Source: Felixounavirus LF110P4
Sequence record: OZ035790.1
Strand: one strand, 5' to 3'
DNA: 64,000 bases
Part shown: positions 40,617 through 49,673 of the stretch, one piece after another
Numbering within the stretch: the first letter of the stretch is position 1
Layout of the letters: each line of letters starts with the position of its first letter
The notes under the pieces: model-generated
Databases searched by the model: none
The model's input: the letters and a program-made list of their open reading frames with translations, nothing else
Told to the model about the DNA's origin: nothing
Translations under genes and position numbers: made by a program

Positions 40617-41289
40617 TGAAGTCCTGTGTCATGCTTATGACTTGCATCCTCATGAGTTTGGTCTTGATTCCTGTGTATGGACTCCAGAACAGTGCAGGGA
40701 TTTTGAAGACACAGCAAGAGAAGTTGTATGTTCACTTGAAGAGTTCCACACATCAGAGCCAATTGTGAATGTTGTAGATAAAGAGACTGGACAAACTATA
40801 GGGGTAAGTCGTGATAGTTTAGTCATAGTCAATAAAGACCTTGTAGAAAAAGGTAACCTCATCTTAGCAGATATTGATGGTGTTCTTACAAATTTTAATC
40901 ACGAAGATTGCTCAACGGAATTGACTGATGGGTCATTCTCACAGTACACTAATCTTCTTGACTCTGTAAGAGCAAAACCAACGTATGTTTTTAGTATTAT
41001 TGATGCAATTGCTAATCATGCTGCCATTGGACTCTTGACAGCGAGAGGTGAATCTCAGAGAATACCTACTGAGATGTTTTTAAGGCATAACATAGAGCAT
41101 GACTACATGCTTTTTATGCGTGGTTTTGGAACTAACTCTATAAGTGCAGAAAGTTTGAAAGTGAGGATGATTCAGTCTTGCATCCTGCCTTACTTTAATA
41201 TAGTATGTTTTATAGAAGACACAGAGAAGAATGTGCAGAAGGTGAACAGAATCCTTCCACACATTAAAACCATGTTAGTTAAACATTGA
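40594..41289 (+). CDS. HAD-superfamily phosphatase-like protein
   Basis: Motif I LILADIDGVLT (DxDGxT-like); weak. Confidence 0.35.
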   Translation: MKKLRKSDEVLCHAYDLHPHEFGLDSCVWTPEQCRDFEDTAREVVCSLEEFHTSEPIVNVVDKETGQTIGVSRDSLVIVNKDLVEKGNLILADIDGVLTNFNHEDCSTELTDGSFSQYTNLLDSVRAKPTYVFSIIDAIANHAAIGLLTARGESQRIPTEMFLRHNIEHDYMLFMRGFGTNSISAESLKVRMIQSCILPYFNIVCFIEDTEKNVQKVNRILPHIKTMLVKH

Positions 41290-41299
41290 GAGAAAACTT

Positions 41300-41764
41300 A
41301 TGAACAATATCATTACGGTAGCACTGGACGATACGGTAAACAAATCTGCAATAGTTCGTAAAATGATTCAAGGTAACTTTGAAGGTAAAATTTTTCGTGC
41401 TGTTAATGTAAAAGCTGATGGCAGCATTCGTGAATATCGTGCATTATTGAATGTTAAAAAACACGTAAAAGGTGCTGGTTCAACGACTGCACACAAAGAA
41501 AACCTGATGACTATCTATGATATGGGTAAGGCTTCAGAGTTAGGTGCTGAAGGTATCGTTAAAGAAGGTGCTCCGTATCGCTCTTTCAATCTGGAAACTA
41601 CTCTTATGCTTTCCTTTACAAGTGATTCTAAAACAATCACTTACCTCTTTACTGATGCTGCAACGGTATCTGCTATTAAGGATAGCACTGTCAAAGCTGG
41701 CGTAGTTGCTGCTGCAAAAGCTTCTTCGATGGCTGCGAATATCCTTGCTAAAGTCCTCGGTTAA
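41300..41764 (+). CDS. hypothetical protein
   Basis: 154 aa ORF. Confidence 0.4.
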   Translation: MNNIITVALDDTVNKSAIVRKMIQGNFEGKIFRAVNVKADGSIREYRALLNVKKHVKGAGSTTAHKENLMTIYDMGKASELGAEGIVKEGAPYRSFNLETTLMLSFTSDSKTITYLFTDAATVSAIKDSTVKAGVVAAAKASSMAANILAKVLG

Positions 41765-41775
41765 GGTTAAGATAC

Positions 41776-41798
41776 AGGCTCCTTCGGGAGCCTTTTTC
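41776..41798 (+). terminator. rho-independent terminator
   Basis: AGGCTCCttcgGGAGCCT hairpin followed by TTTTT. Confidence 0.55.
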
Positions 41799-41816
41799 AT
41801 TTTAGGAGATTGTTAA

Positions 41817-42164
41817 ATGACATTTAAAGAGTTCTGTCAAGCTACTTTCATAATTGTTTTCTTAGTTGGGGCAGGTGTCTGGGGAGGATACTCTTACAGA
41901 GACTACCAAGTTGCTGAAACTGAGCTAAACAATCAAAAGCTCATAAGTGTTGCTAAAGATGCTTATCAGGAAGGATTAGTCACACTGAGCACCAATTACA
42001 AAAATGATTTGAAAGATGTGCTTGCTAAGAATAAGCATACAAAAGAGGTACTAACATATGAAAAAACTAAGCCAGAGTTTTATAATGTTTGTGTTACTGA
42101 TAACTATGTCAGGGTGTTCAACGAACAAAGTGAGCAGTACATTCAAAAACTCCCAAGTAAGTGA
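41817..42164 (+). CDS. putative i-spanin (Rz-like)
   Basis: N-terminal TM anchor FIIVFLVGAGVWGG then periplasmic coiled-coil; a lipoprotein ORF overlaps its 3' end in another frame. Confidence 0.5.
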   Translation: MTFKEFCQATFIIVFLVGAGVWGGYSYRDYQVAETELNNQKLISVAKDAYQEGLVTLSTNYKNDLKDVLAKNKHTKEVLTYEKTKPEFYNVCVTDNYVRVFNEQSEQYIQKLPSK

Positions 42165-42327
42165 GAGTGATAAGTACACCCAAGAAGAATCACGGTATAT
42201 CATCAAAGGCAACACAGGCAGCGATGTAGCAGCAGCCCTTGAGTTCTATCGTGACGGCTTTTACCAGTGCACAATCAAAGCTAACAACCTTATTGACATG
42301 ATTTTATTAGGGAATAAGCAGCAATGA
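42058..42327 (+). CDS. putative o-spanin (Rz1-like lipoprotein)
   Basis: Lipoprotein signal with lipobox LITMSGC; gene starts inside the i-spanin gene out of frame. Confidence 0.5.
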   Translation: MKKLSQSFIMFVLLITMSGCSTNKVSSTFKNSQVSESDKYTQEESRYIIKGNTGSDVAAALEFYRDGFYQCTIKANNLIDMILLGNKQQ

Positions 42328-42593
42328 CAGAGACTCAAGACACTTTCTATGTAGAAGGTTACTTACTGTTACCACGACCAAAAGAAACTTATATGCGAAT
42401 CGACTTCTTGCCAACCATTATGGATAATGTGATGTGTCATATCTTTATGCAAGGTGTCACAGCACAACTTAAGCATGTTGGCAAAGAGTGCAAAATAAAG
42501 GTTGACACTCATCCAGAAATCAAAGAGAATCACTACACATGGTTCTTACCAGACTCTAAAGAAATCTTAGCAGTTCTCAAAACGAGGAAGTAA
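42324..42593 (+). CDS. hypothetical protein
   Basis: 89 aa ORF. Confidence 0.4.
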   Translation: MTETQDTFYVEGYLLLPRPKETYMRIDFLPTIMDNVMCHIFMQGVTAQLKHVGKECKIKVDTHPEIKENHYTWFLPDSKEILAVLKTRK

Positions 42594-42595
42594 CT

Positions 42596-42919
42596 ATGCA
42601 GATTAATGGAAGAGACTTTGTAGCTGTTTACTACGAGAAAGGTAAAGAAGTTGGTGTAGCACAAGTATCTTATGGCAATGGTAAGTGGCTATATGGAACA
42701 ATCGCAGTAGTAGGCACAAGAAGTGACACAAAGACTTTTAAAGATTGTGTTGAGCTTCTTGAAGAATCCATCCAGAATCATTGGTGTCTGATATGGATGA
42801 CTGACAATGAAGTGATGGAACGTTTCAAAAAGATTGATATCAACATTGATAGTATTGAGCATGTTGATTTATATGAACTAACCGAAAAGGTAAGCTATGA
42901 AAGCTCTAGAGGTAATTGA
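42596..42919 (+). CDS. hypothetical protein
   Basis: 107 aa ORF. Confidence 0.4.
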   Translation: MQINGRDFVAVYYEKGKEVGVAQVSYGNGKWLYGTIAVVGTRSDTKTFKDCVELLEESIQNHWCLIWMTDNEVMERFKKIDINIDSIEHVDLYELTEKVSYESSRGN

Positions 42920-43124
42920 TAAAGACACTGGAGAAGTTACATCAGCATGTGTTTTCGTTAGTAACGACACAGTGATACCATTTTACAATCTCGATAGTTT
43001 TAGTTTTACAGGGATAACTCCAGAAGAATACTTTGAAGACCTCACCTTTGCCAGAATCTCTATAGACACATTCTATAAATGCTTCTATGATGAAGGTAAA
43101 GAATTACGAGAAACTGAACTATAA
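42897..43124 (+). CDS. hypothetical protein
   Basis: 75 aa ORF. Confidence 0.35.
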   Translation: MKALEVIDKDTGEVTSACVFVSNDTVIPFYNLDSFSFTGITPEEYFEDLTFARISIDTFYKCFYDEGKELRETEL

Positions 43125-43136
43125 GGTATATATTAT

Positions 43137-43337
43137 ATGGCTGACTTCTGTAAAGACTGTTCTATCGAAATGTTCGGACGTGATACAGGTGACTTAAAAG
43201 GTCTTATCACTGAAGATGACTTTAAAGCTGGTTATGCAATGCCAGTAATCTGTGAAGGTTGTGGGTGTATCTGGGTAGACCACGAAGGGCAACGTGTAAA
43301 ACCTTCAGAAGATAAAGAATCTTGGGAGAGATGTTAA
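43137..43337 (+). CDS. zinc-ribbon protein
   Basis: CKDC ... CEGCGC Cys pairs. Confidence 0.4.
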   Translation: MADFCKDCSIEMFGRDTGDLKGLITEDDFKAGYAMPVICEGCGCIWVDHEGQRVKPSEDKESWERC

Positions 43338-44123
43338 ATGGGTATTGTAAAAATCATCAAAGGTGATATCTTTGACGCATTTGATAAAGGCAAATTTGAT
43401 ATCATTGGTCATGGTTGCAACTGTATGAATTTCATGGGTGCAGGTATTGCAGCAACTATTTCTAAGCATTATCCAAAAGTGTATGATACTGACACAGAAG
43501 TTTACCTGTTTGCAGGTGGCATTCGTCACAAACCCTGTGAAAATTTACTAGGTAATTTCTCTGTAGCACGTTTAAAACAAGGCCGTATAGCTAACCTTTA
43601 CACCCAACTTCATACTGGTAAAGATGCCCGATACAGTGCTTTAGAGTCATCTTTGAAACAGCTTAACAGATACTGTGAAGTTAACCAGTTGAAGAAAGTT
43701 GGTCTACCTATGATTGGTGCAGGTATCGGTGGACTTGACCCTCAAGCTGTCACAGTTATCATTAATCAGGTGATGAAGAGTGTAGATGTTTATCTGTATG
43801 TCTATGAAGCAAAAATGTATAATGAGTTACACTCAGGTTGGAAAAACTACTGTGAACCAGAATACTTTGCAGGTGTAGTTGTGTTCACAGATAACGCAGT
43901 TACCCTCTTCAGACGAAGAAAAGGTAAGATACATCAAAGTAACCCTCCGGTTGAAAAGATGTCTCTAAGTAACGCTCTAGTTACCCACCTGTCGAAGAGC
44001 AATCACAGAATTGCAGTAACATTTGGCAGTGATGCAGATGCTTATATCTATGCAAGAACTGATGAGGATATTGAGTTAATCTTCTCTTCACCAGAACTTA
44101 CCTTCTTAGACGCAAAGAACTAA
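43338..44123 (+). CDS. macro-domain-like protein (putative ADP-ribose binding/hydrolase)
   Basis: N-terminal KGDIFDA ... DIIGHGCNCMNFMGAGIAATI resembles the macro-domain Gly-rich ligand-binding loops; C-terminal about 130 aa unassigned. Confidence 0.45.
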   Translation: MGIVKIIKGDIFDAFDKGKFDIIGHGCNCMNFMGAGIAATISKHYPKVYDTDTEVYLFAGGIRHKPCENLLGNFSVARLKQGRIANLYTQLHTGKDARYSALESSLKQLNRYCEVNQLKKVGLPMIGAGIGGLDPQAVTVIINQVMKSVDVYLYVYEAKMYNELHSGWKNYCEPEYFAGVVVFTDNAVTLFRRRKGKIHQSNPPVEKMSLSNALVTHLSKSNHRIAVTFGSDADAYIYARTDEDIELIFSSPELTFLDAKN

Positions 44124-44189
44124 GAAACTTCGTAGTATATTCACAATAGACTAAGCCTTTCTTATCTGGTAAATTTTTCAGGTAAGGAG

Positions 44190-44370
44190 GGCTTTTTCAT
44201 TTCAGATTTGTGCAGGTAGAGTTCTGTAGAGAAATCTATAGAGAAAATTTTGAACTCCAAAGAGAAAATTCATTTTCAAACTGTGCAGGTAATCTCCAAA
44301 GGGTTTTTTCATTTTCAAAACGTGCAGAGAAAAATCAGGTCGGGCAAGAAAAATCATTTTAGAATTGTGC
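44190..44370. repeat. four dispersed copies of a TTTCATTTTCAnnnTGTGCAGGTA-like motif
   Basis: Copies near 44191, 44265, 44303 and 44349 at roughly 40-75 bp spacing. Confidence 0.55.
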
Positions 44371-44410
44371 AGGTAGGTGGGGGTAGGTGGGGGTAGGTGG
44401 GGGTAGGTGG
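44371..44410 (+). repeat. tandem 10-bp G-rich repeat (GGGTAGGTGG x4), G-quadruplex-capable
   Basis: Four perfect or near-perfect tandem units giving successive GGGGG runs separated by TAGGT. Confidence 0.7.
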
Positions 44411-44572
44411 GACTGTCGCCATTTCTCACAAGGCTACCACATCTGAAAATAAAAGTCAACAGAAAAATTTGTAGCGGATTGAAAAATAATTCTTGATTGT
44501 AGTTCTGTTTTGTGGTAGTCGCGCGCACCCGTTTCATTACAATTTTTGCAAAAAATATTTTTAAAAATTTTC

Positions 44573-44601
44573 TTGACTCTTTGAACTGGGTTATCTAATA
44601 T
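44573..44601 (+). promoter_or_regulatory. sigma70-like promoter (TTGACT-17-TAATAT) with upstream A/T tract
   Basis: Near-consensus hexamers with 17 bp spacer, AT-rich UP-like element upstream, 50 bp before ORF 44654. Confidence 0.55.
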
Positions 44602-44653
44602 TTGCATCAGACGGGGCGACAAGCTCAACAACCTTAAACTAGGAGATTCAAAA

Positions 44654-45037
44654 ATGGCATATCGTGCACCTAAATTCATCAACAAAGACAACTTTCGCAA
44701 CGCACTGGAGAAGTCACTTGATGAAAATTTTAAAGGTAACATTATCGTTGTTCACGCATTCAATTTTAAGTATGATGTAAACGGGAATAGAATCAACCAT
44801 TACACGGCAACCATGTTAGATGGTACACTTTCAAGTGAAAAAGTCGTACTAAATGCACTGGCAGGACGTGGAAAGGTATTAGTAAGATGTGATAAGAGAC
44901 GTTATCAGGGCGGTGCATATGGTTATGATGATGCTGTTTACCATCTTGAAAATATGGGCTATCAAGTAGAAAAAGCTGGAGCATCACAAATCATCGGCAG
45001 TGATGGTTATGTAACTATCTTCAAAATTAACAAATAA
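44654..45037 (+). CDS. hypothetical protein
   Basis: 127 aa; preceded by conserved leader CCTTAAACTAGGAGATTCAAAAATG. Confidence 0.45.
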   Translation: MAYRAPKFINKDNFRNALEKSLDENFKGNIIVVHAFNFKYDVNGNRINHYTATMLDGTLSSEKVVLNALAGRGKVLVRCDKRRYQGGAYGYDDAVYHLENMGYQVEKAGASQIIGSDGYVTIFKINK

Positions 45038-45124
45038 AGTACTTTACAAGGGGCTTATAGTTCGATAAAGTAAGCCCCAGATAAAGAGCTTTACCACTCA
45101 ATCCTTAAACTAGGAGATTCAAAA

Positions 45125-45667
45125 ATGAAATGTTATCACGGTACTACTCAAGAAAATTTCCTCAACCTGATTAATAACGGTGATAAACCATCAGGCGCAT
45201 GGAATTGTTCGGATATGGACGGCAATTTTTACGTGTATCCAGAAAATAAAATCTATGGCGACGATGATGAAGAGATAACATCGGAGGGCATTCAGCAAGC
45301 TCTAGGGAACGCCACTATTACGGCGGCCTTCCAGATGAAAACCCAAAATATTGTTATCTTAGAACTCGATATTCCAGATGATGAGCTAAATGATGATTAT
45401 TCTTGTGATAATATGTCGAGTGTAGCAAGTTTTACAGAGTACTTTGATGTAAACTGGATTAAAAAGGTCTATACAACAGAGTTTAACGCTATGTATTCGC
45501 CTTTTTGTCTTCCTTCACTGGATAACCCAAATATGAACTATCTTGATGAGACATTAGAACTACTTGCTAAAAGTGTTCAACAGTCGGACAGTATTCAGGT
45601 TTTTTGTGACATCATAGATACACTGACAGGAAACATTGCAGAAGAGGATTTAAAGAGCTTTTTCTAA
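45125..45667 (+). CDS. hypothetical protein
   Basis: 180 aa acidic protein; same conserved leader/RBS upstream. Confidence 0.45.
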   Translation: MKCYHGTTQENFLNLINNGDKPSGAWNCSDMDGNFYVYPENKIYGDDDEEITSEGIQQALGNATITAAFQMKTQNIVILELDIPDDELNDDYSCDNMSSVASFTEYFDVNWIKKVYTTEFNAMYSPFCLPSLDNPNMNYLDETLELLAKSVQQSDSIQVFCDIIDTLTGNIAEEDLKSFF

Positions 45668-45699
45668 AAACCTATGCAATCACCTTATAGACACTAATC

Positions 45700-45719
45700 A
45701 GCCCCTTGTAGGGGCTTTT
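45700..45719 (+). terminator. rho-independent terminator
   Basis: AGCCCCttgtaGGGGCT hairpin followed by TTT. Confidence 0.5.
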
Positions 45720-45733
45720 AGAGGGCTTAAATC

Positions 45734-45967
45734 ATGCTTACAACCGTTTACCTCATCCTTTCTATTTGTAACGGTCATTCATGCGATTTTAAAGGGCTTG
45801 AAGAGTTTACAGGAAGTAAAGAAAATGCTATTCAAGTTTGCCAGATAGCAAGGAAAGACTATCCCGCTAGTGATGATATACAATGTTACTTTAAGACAGA
45901 AGATGACGACGGAATCTATTTTGACAGTGTTGACGGTAAATATGAAATTATCATTGAAAAAGACTAG
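45734..45967 (+). CDS. hypothetical protein
   Basis: 77 aa ORF. Confidence 0.4.
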   Translation: MLTTVYLILSICNGHSCDFKGLEEFTGSKENAIQVCQIARKDYPASDDIQCYFKTEDDDGIYFDSVDGKYEIIIEKD

Positions 45968-46056
45968 ACAAGCCCAATAAAAGTCTGTAAATTGTCAATC
46001 AACGGGGAGGGAATGACCTTCCCCACTAAATAAAGTCCTAAACTGGAGTTATCAAG

Positions 46057-46320
46057 ATGGAAAACGTAGAATTAACCACACTTTTACAAATTGCAACTGA
46101 CAAAGAAGATGTAGCACTGTTTCACCGTATCGAAAGCGATTTATTCAATGGTGAAATCATCAAAGAATCTTATGAAGTTGTCGGATTCAAAGATGGTAAA
46201 GCGTTTGGCTTTTTTGACCTCGACAAAGGCAACGCTGTCACAAAGTATGATGTTGTATCTTGTGAGATTCTTACAAAATACAACGAAAAAAGGCTTGCAA
46301 CATACGCCAACATACAGTAA
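46057..46320 (+). CDS. hypothetical protein
   Basis: 87 aa; variant of the conserved leader upstream. Confidence 0.4.
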   Translation: MENVELTTLLQIATDKEDVALFHRIESDLFNGEIIKESYEVVGFKDGKAFGFFDLDKGNAVTKYDVVSCEILTKYNEKRLATYANIQ

Positions 46321-46386
46321 ATTACTAATCAACGGGAGGCGATAACCTCCCCACTAAATAAAACCCTTAAACTAGGAGATTCAAAA

Positions 46387-46635
46387 ATGGCAACTATCCG
46401 CGCTACTGTCAATGCCTATGGCTGTTATACTCTGGACGTTAAATTTGATATTGGTGGAACTGATGAGTGTTTTTCATTAGTGAAGACAGTTATCAAACAA
46501 GTTATTCCAGATTATAACCCTACTGATGACTTCTGGAAAGATGCTGTAAAAGAGGCATTAAACGACGAGCATCACTATCATTACTGGGGTGACTTGATTG
46601 TTTCCCTGTACTACAATAAACAAGGTTACAACTAA
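46387..46635 (+). CDS. hypothetical protein
   Basis: 82 aa; conserved leader CCCTTAAACTAGGAGATTCAAAAATG upstream. Confidence 0.4.
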   Translation: MATIRATVNAYGCYTLDVKFDIGGTDECFSLVKTVIKQVIPDYNPTDDFWKDAVKEALNDEHHYHYWGDLIVSLYYNKQGYN

Positions 46636-46673
46636 TCGACGCAACGGGGCTAAATAGCCCCAGATACCTCAAC

Positions 46674-46699
46674 AGCCCCTATTTAAAGGGGCTTTTTTA
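46674..46699 (+). terminator. rho-independent terminator
   Basis: AGCCCCTatttaaaGGGGCT hairpin followed by TTTTTT at end of plus-strand block. Confidence 0.6.
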
Positions 46700-48290
46700 C
46701 GTCTATTGAATCCTTATACAATCCCTTTCCAGAATCTTATCAGACCTTAAAAGCAATAACTCTATAGTCTACTCTATAACCTCTTATCAAATCAACTTAA
46801 ATAAAAGCCAATAACCCCCAGAAAGGGGATGGCCCATTTAAACGCTCTATAAAGCTCTATAACAGCCTTATCAACCTAACTTAAGGGATTGCATTAATCA
46901 ACCTTAAAAAGCTCTTTACAGGGCTTTATAGAGGCTTAAAAGAATCTTATAAGGGTGTAAGCTTATAGGCTGGTTAGTATCTTGTGAATGGTTAAACAAC
47001 CCCCTTGCTAGTCACTAAAAAGCATGTTATAGGGGCTATAAAGTTACTTCAAAGTTACGTAAAAGAGGCTATAAAGTTACGTAAATGCTAGCCCCCTTAA
47101 CATTTTCTTAACATTTTCTTAACAATTTCTTAACAAACCCTACATAGTTATGCTTGTTAGCAACTTGTTAGCACCTTGTTAAATCTCTGTTAAGACCACG
47201 TAAAAGCCTTGTAAGAGTCTTTGACATAGCCTTAAAAGCTCCTGTAAAGCCCTATAAAGAGCTATCTGTACAGTTGGGGGTAGATACTAGGGAGAGCCTT
47301 AAAAGAGCCTATAAAGAGCTATAGAGAGCTTTTAAGAGGTATGTTTAATAGTTCACTAAGAAAGGAAAGGGAACGGTAAGAAAAGAGATAGTGACCATGT
47401 TAATAGCTTGTTAAAAAGATTAAACACTTGTTAGAGGCTTGTTAATTATCTTAACAAAATAACTCTTTAAAATTAACTTGTTAGCTCTTGTTAGTCATCT
47501 GTTAAGATTCTGTAAAGCCTATTCAGCACTTGTTAGAAATCTGTTACAGCCTTGTTAGTTCTGTTAAGAATCTGTTAAGACCTTTGAAGAGTTGTTAAGA
47601 GCTTGAGAGAGTTGTTAAGAAATTGTTAAGGATATTTTAAAATTTTGCAAAGTACTTGTAAGGGAGCTGTTAAGGGCTACCAAGCAGATATACATCCTAA
47701 TCAGATATTTTTGAGTTCCTTCAAAGACCCTAAAAAATGACTTGATAGTCCTATTTTATAAAAATTTTAAGATTCTGAATAATTACCTATACAGTCTTTT
47801 AAAAATACAGGTAATAACAGGCTTAGAAGATACCTTGTTAGTACCGTGTTAGACCTTGTGAGATAAGGTCTGTAAAGATATTCCTGTTAAGTTTGTTAAA
47901 ACAGTCTATATAGAGGCTTAGTAATACCTAGTGAACACCTATAGAGGGTATCATAGCTGACATAGAGATTAAGAGGTGTATAGGAGCTTCTAAGAGGGTG
48001 TAGAGAGATGGTTAAGGTGATTGTATAGGCTGTTAAGAAGGCTTGTTAGAGGGCTAGTTAGAAGGGTTATACAGAGGGCTATTAAGACCACTAGATAGTT
48101 ACTAAGATACTATATAGTACTATATAACTATATAGAGAGTAAGATTAAGAAGGTTGTTAAGAAGGGTAGATATTTTGTTCACATATAATGGTGACCCAGA
48201 GGTTGGGACAACCGATAAAATTTTATAAAAAATATAAATTTCGTAAATTTTACTCAATAAAAAGCCCCCAATTAAGGAGGCTCTTAAGAT
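46700..48290. repeat. ORF-free iteron-rich region (about 1.6 kb)
   Basis: No ORF of 60 aa or more on either strand; more than 25 copies of TTGTTAG / CTGTTAAG-type motifs (dense 47100-47640), CTATAAAG(A)GCT and TATATAG repeats. Confidence 0.7.
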
Positions 48291-48293
48291 ATT

Positions 48294-48887
48294 TTAAATC
48301 AGTGTTTCCAGAACTGTTTTTAGGGATGACTTAGTTGTCTGATAAAAATGAGTAAATCCATTGTTGTTATCGAATATCTGCATCATGATATCATCTCCCT
48401 TGATTGGGTACACTCGGATATCATAGTGAAACCCATTAAAGACAGCAGAACCATTGCAGAATACACTAAAATCATCCACTGAGATATACTCTTCATGTCC
48501 TGTGATTTTTATACAGATACCTTTGCTCGGTCTCTTAGGGTTGATATCTTCCATCACAGACATATTCTGCCCACCAAGAGATACCATAGTGACCACTTTA
48601 CGGTTCTTCTGTTTGAAGTACATCTTAACTTTCTGTAAAGTGTCTTCATAGAACGGATAAGACCTTTCTACAAAGATTCCTTCAAGTGGCTCTTTACCAT
48701 TTTCAACTTCTCTGTTATGCCGTACTGCAAAGATAATTTGTTCGAACCAGTCAAGATTTTCTTCGGAGAGTGCTTCTCGAACATCACTCCAGTCAAGTAC
48801 TAGGTAGTTACCTTCAACTTCTTTTAAGTTATCTTTTTCCATAGCTATCACACCATTATCGTAAAACTTGGTAGGCTGGTACTGCAA
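48294..48887 (-). CDS. hypothetical protein
   Basis: 197 aa, last gene of minus-strand block. Confidence 0.45.
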   Translation of the reverse strand: MQYQPTKFYDNGVIAMEKDNLKEVEGNYLVLDWSDVREALSEENLDWFEQIIFAVRHNREVENGKEPLEGIFVERSYPFYEDTLQKVKMYFKQKNRKVVTMVSLGGQNMSVMEDINPKRPSKGICIKITGHEEYISVDDFSVFCNGSAVFNGFHYDIRVYPIKGDDIMMQIFDNNNGFTHFYQTTKSSLKTVLETLI

Positions 48888-49320
48888 ACTTGTTGCTGTT
48901 GTTCTTAATAAGGTCTTCTTCTGTTACTAAGAATGTAATCCCACATAAGTGCGTATAGTGGCTGTCATACTCAAATATTTTAAGTAAGTATTTACCATCA
49001 TGATAGACAGATTCTACTACACCTTTTGCAACAATCTTTCCAGTCTTGAAGTCTTTAAGACGGTATACATTACCAACTTTAGGGACTGTTTTCACTTCAG
49101 GTTCTTTTAGCTTCCCACCAGCTTCTACATCACCTAGTAAGTGAGAACTTTCAAACGCTACATATTGCATATAAGCTTCTGAGCATTCCCAGATAAAACA
49201 ATGTACAAGTACCTTAGCAGCATGTCTTGAGCAATTCAGCTTATCACAAATGTCATTGTACATTTCATCTTTAGTTGAGTTGTCAAGCATTGCTTTTTGA
49301 ACGACTTCTTTAATTTTCAT
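48856..49320 (-). CDS. hypothetical protein
   Basis: 154 aa ORF. Confidence 0.45.
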   Translation of the reverse strand: MKIKEVVQKAMLDNSTKDEMYNDICDKLNCSRHAAKVLVHCFIWECSEAYMQYVAFESSHLLGDVEAGGKLKEPEVKTVPKVGNVYRLKDFKTGKIVAKGVVESVYHDGKYLLKIFEYDSHYTHLCGITFLVTEEDLIKNNSNKFAVPAYQVLR

Positions 49321-49372
49321 TTCGCTACCTTCTAAGTTTCTACAAAGGGGCTATCAAGTAACCCCTAAGTTA

Positions 49373-49597
49373 TTACTCAGACTTTTCAGTCTTCTTATCG
49401 GATTTCTTACTAGTCTTCTTCTCAGCTTTCTGTTCAGGCTCCTTCTCAGAAGTTGCCTTAATAACCATATCAAGAAGCTCTGATAAGTCACTCTTCAGCA
49501 AAGTAACAGGCTGCTCGTTGTAGAAGTTTTTGTCAAGATAAACTTTGAACTCTTCTATAGAAGGAAATCCAAAAATTGGTACAGGTGTCTTAATCAT
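49373..49597 (-). CDS. hypothetical protein
   Basis: 74 aa, Lys/Glu-rich C-terminus. Confidence 0.4.
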   Translation of the reverse strand: MIKTPVPIFGFPSIEEFKVYLDKNFYNEQPVTLLKSDLSELLDMVIKATSEKEPEQKAEKKTSKKSDKKTEKSE

Positions 49598-49673
49598 TAC
49601 TTAGTCTCTCCATAGGCATCTTTTAAGATTGCCTTGTTAATCATTTCAGCGATTGCAAAACGAACACATACAG

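Noticed and set aside
44371-44410. Tandem repeats as a CRISPR array
   Set aside because: Units are 10 bp and directly tandem with no spacers; they do not resemble a CRISPR repeat-spacer architecture. No CRISPR array was found in the window.
45050-45078. Hairpin GGGGCTTAtagttcgataaagTAAGCCCC as a rho-independent terminator
   Set aside because: Good stem but no T-run follows; may be a structural element or a weak terminator.
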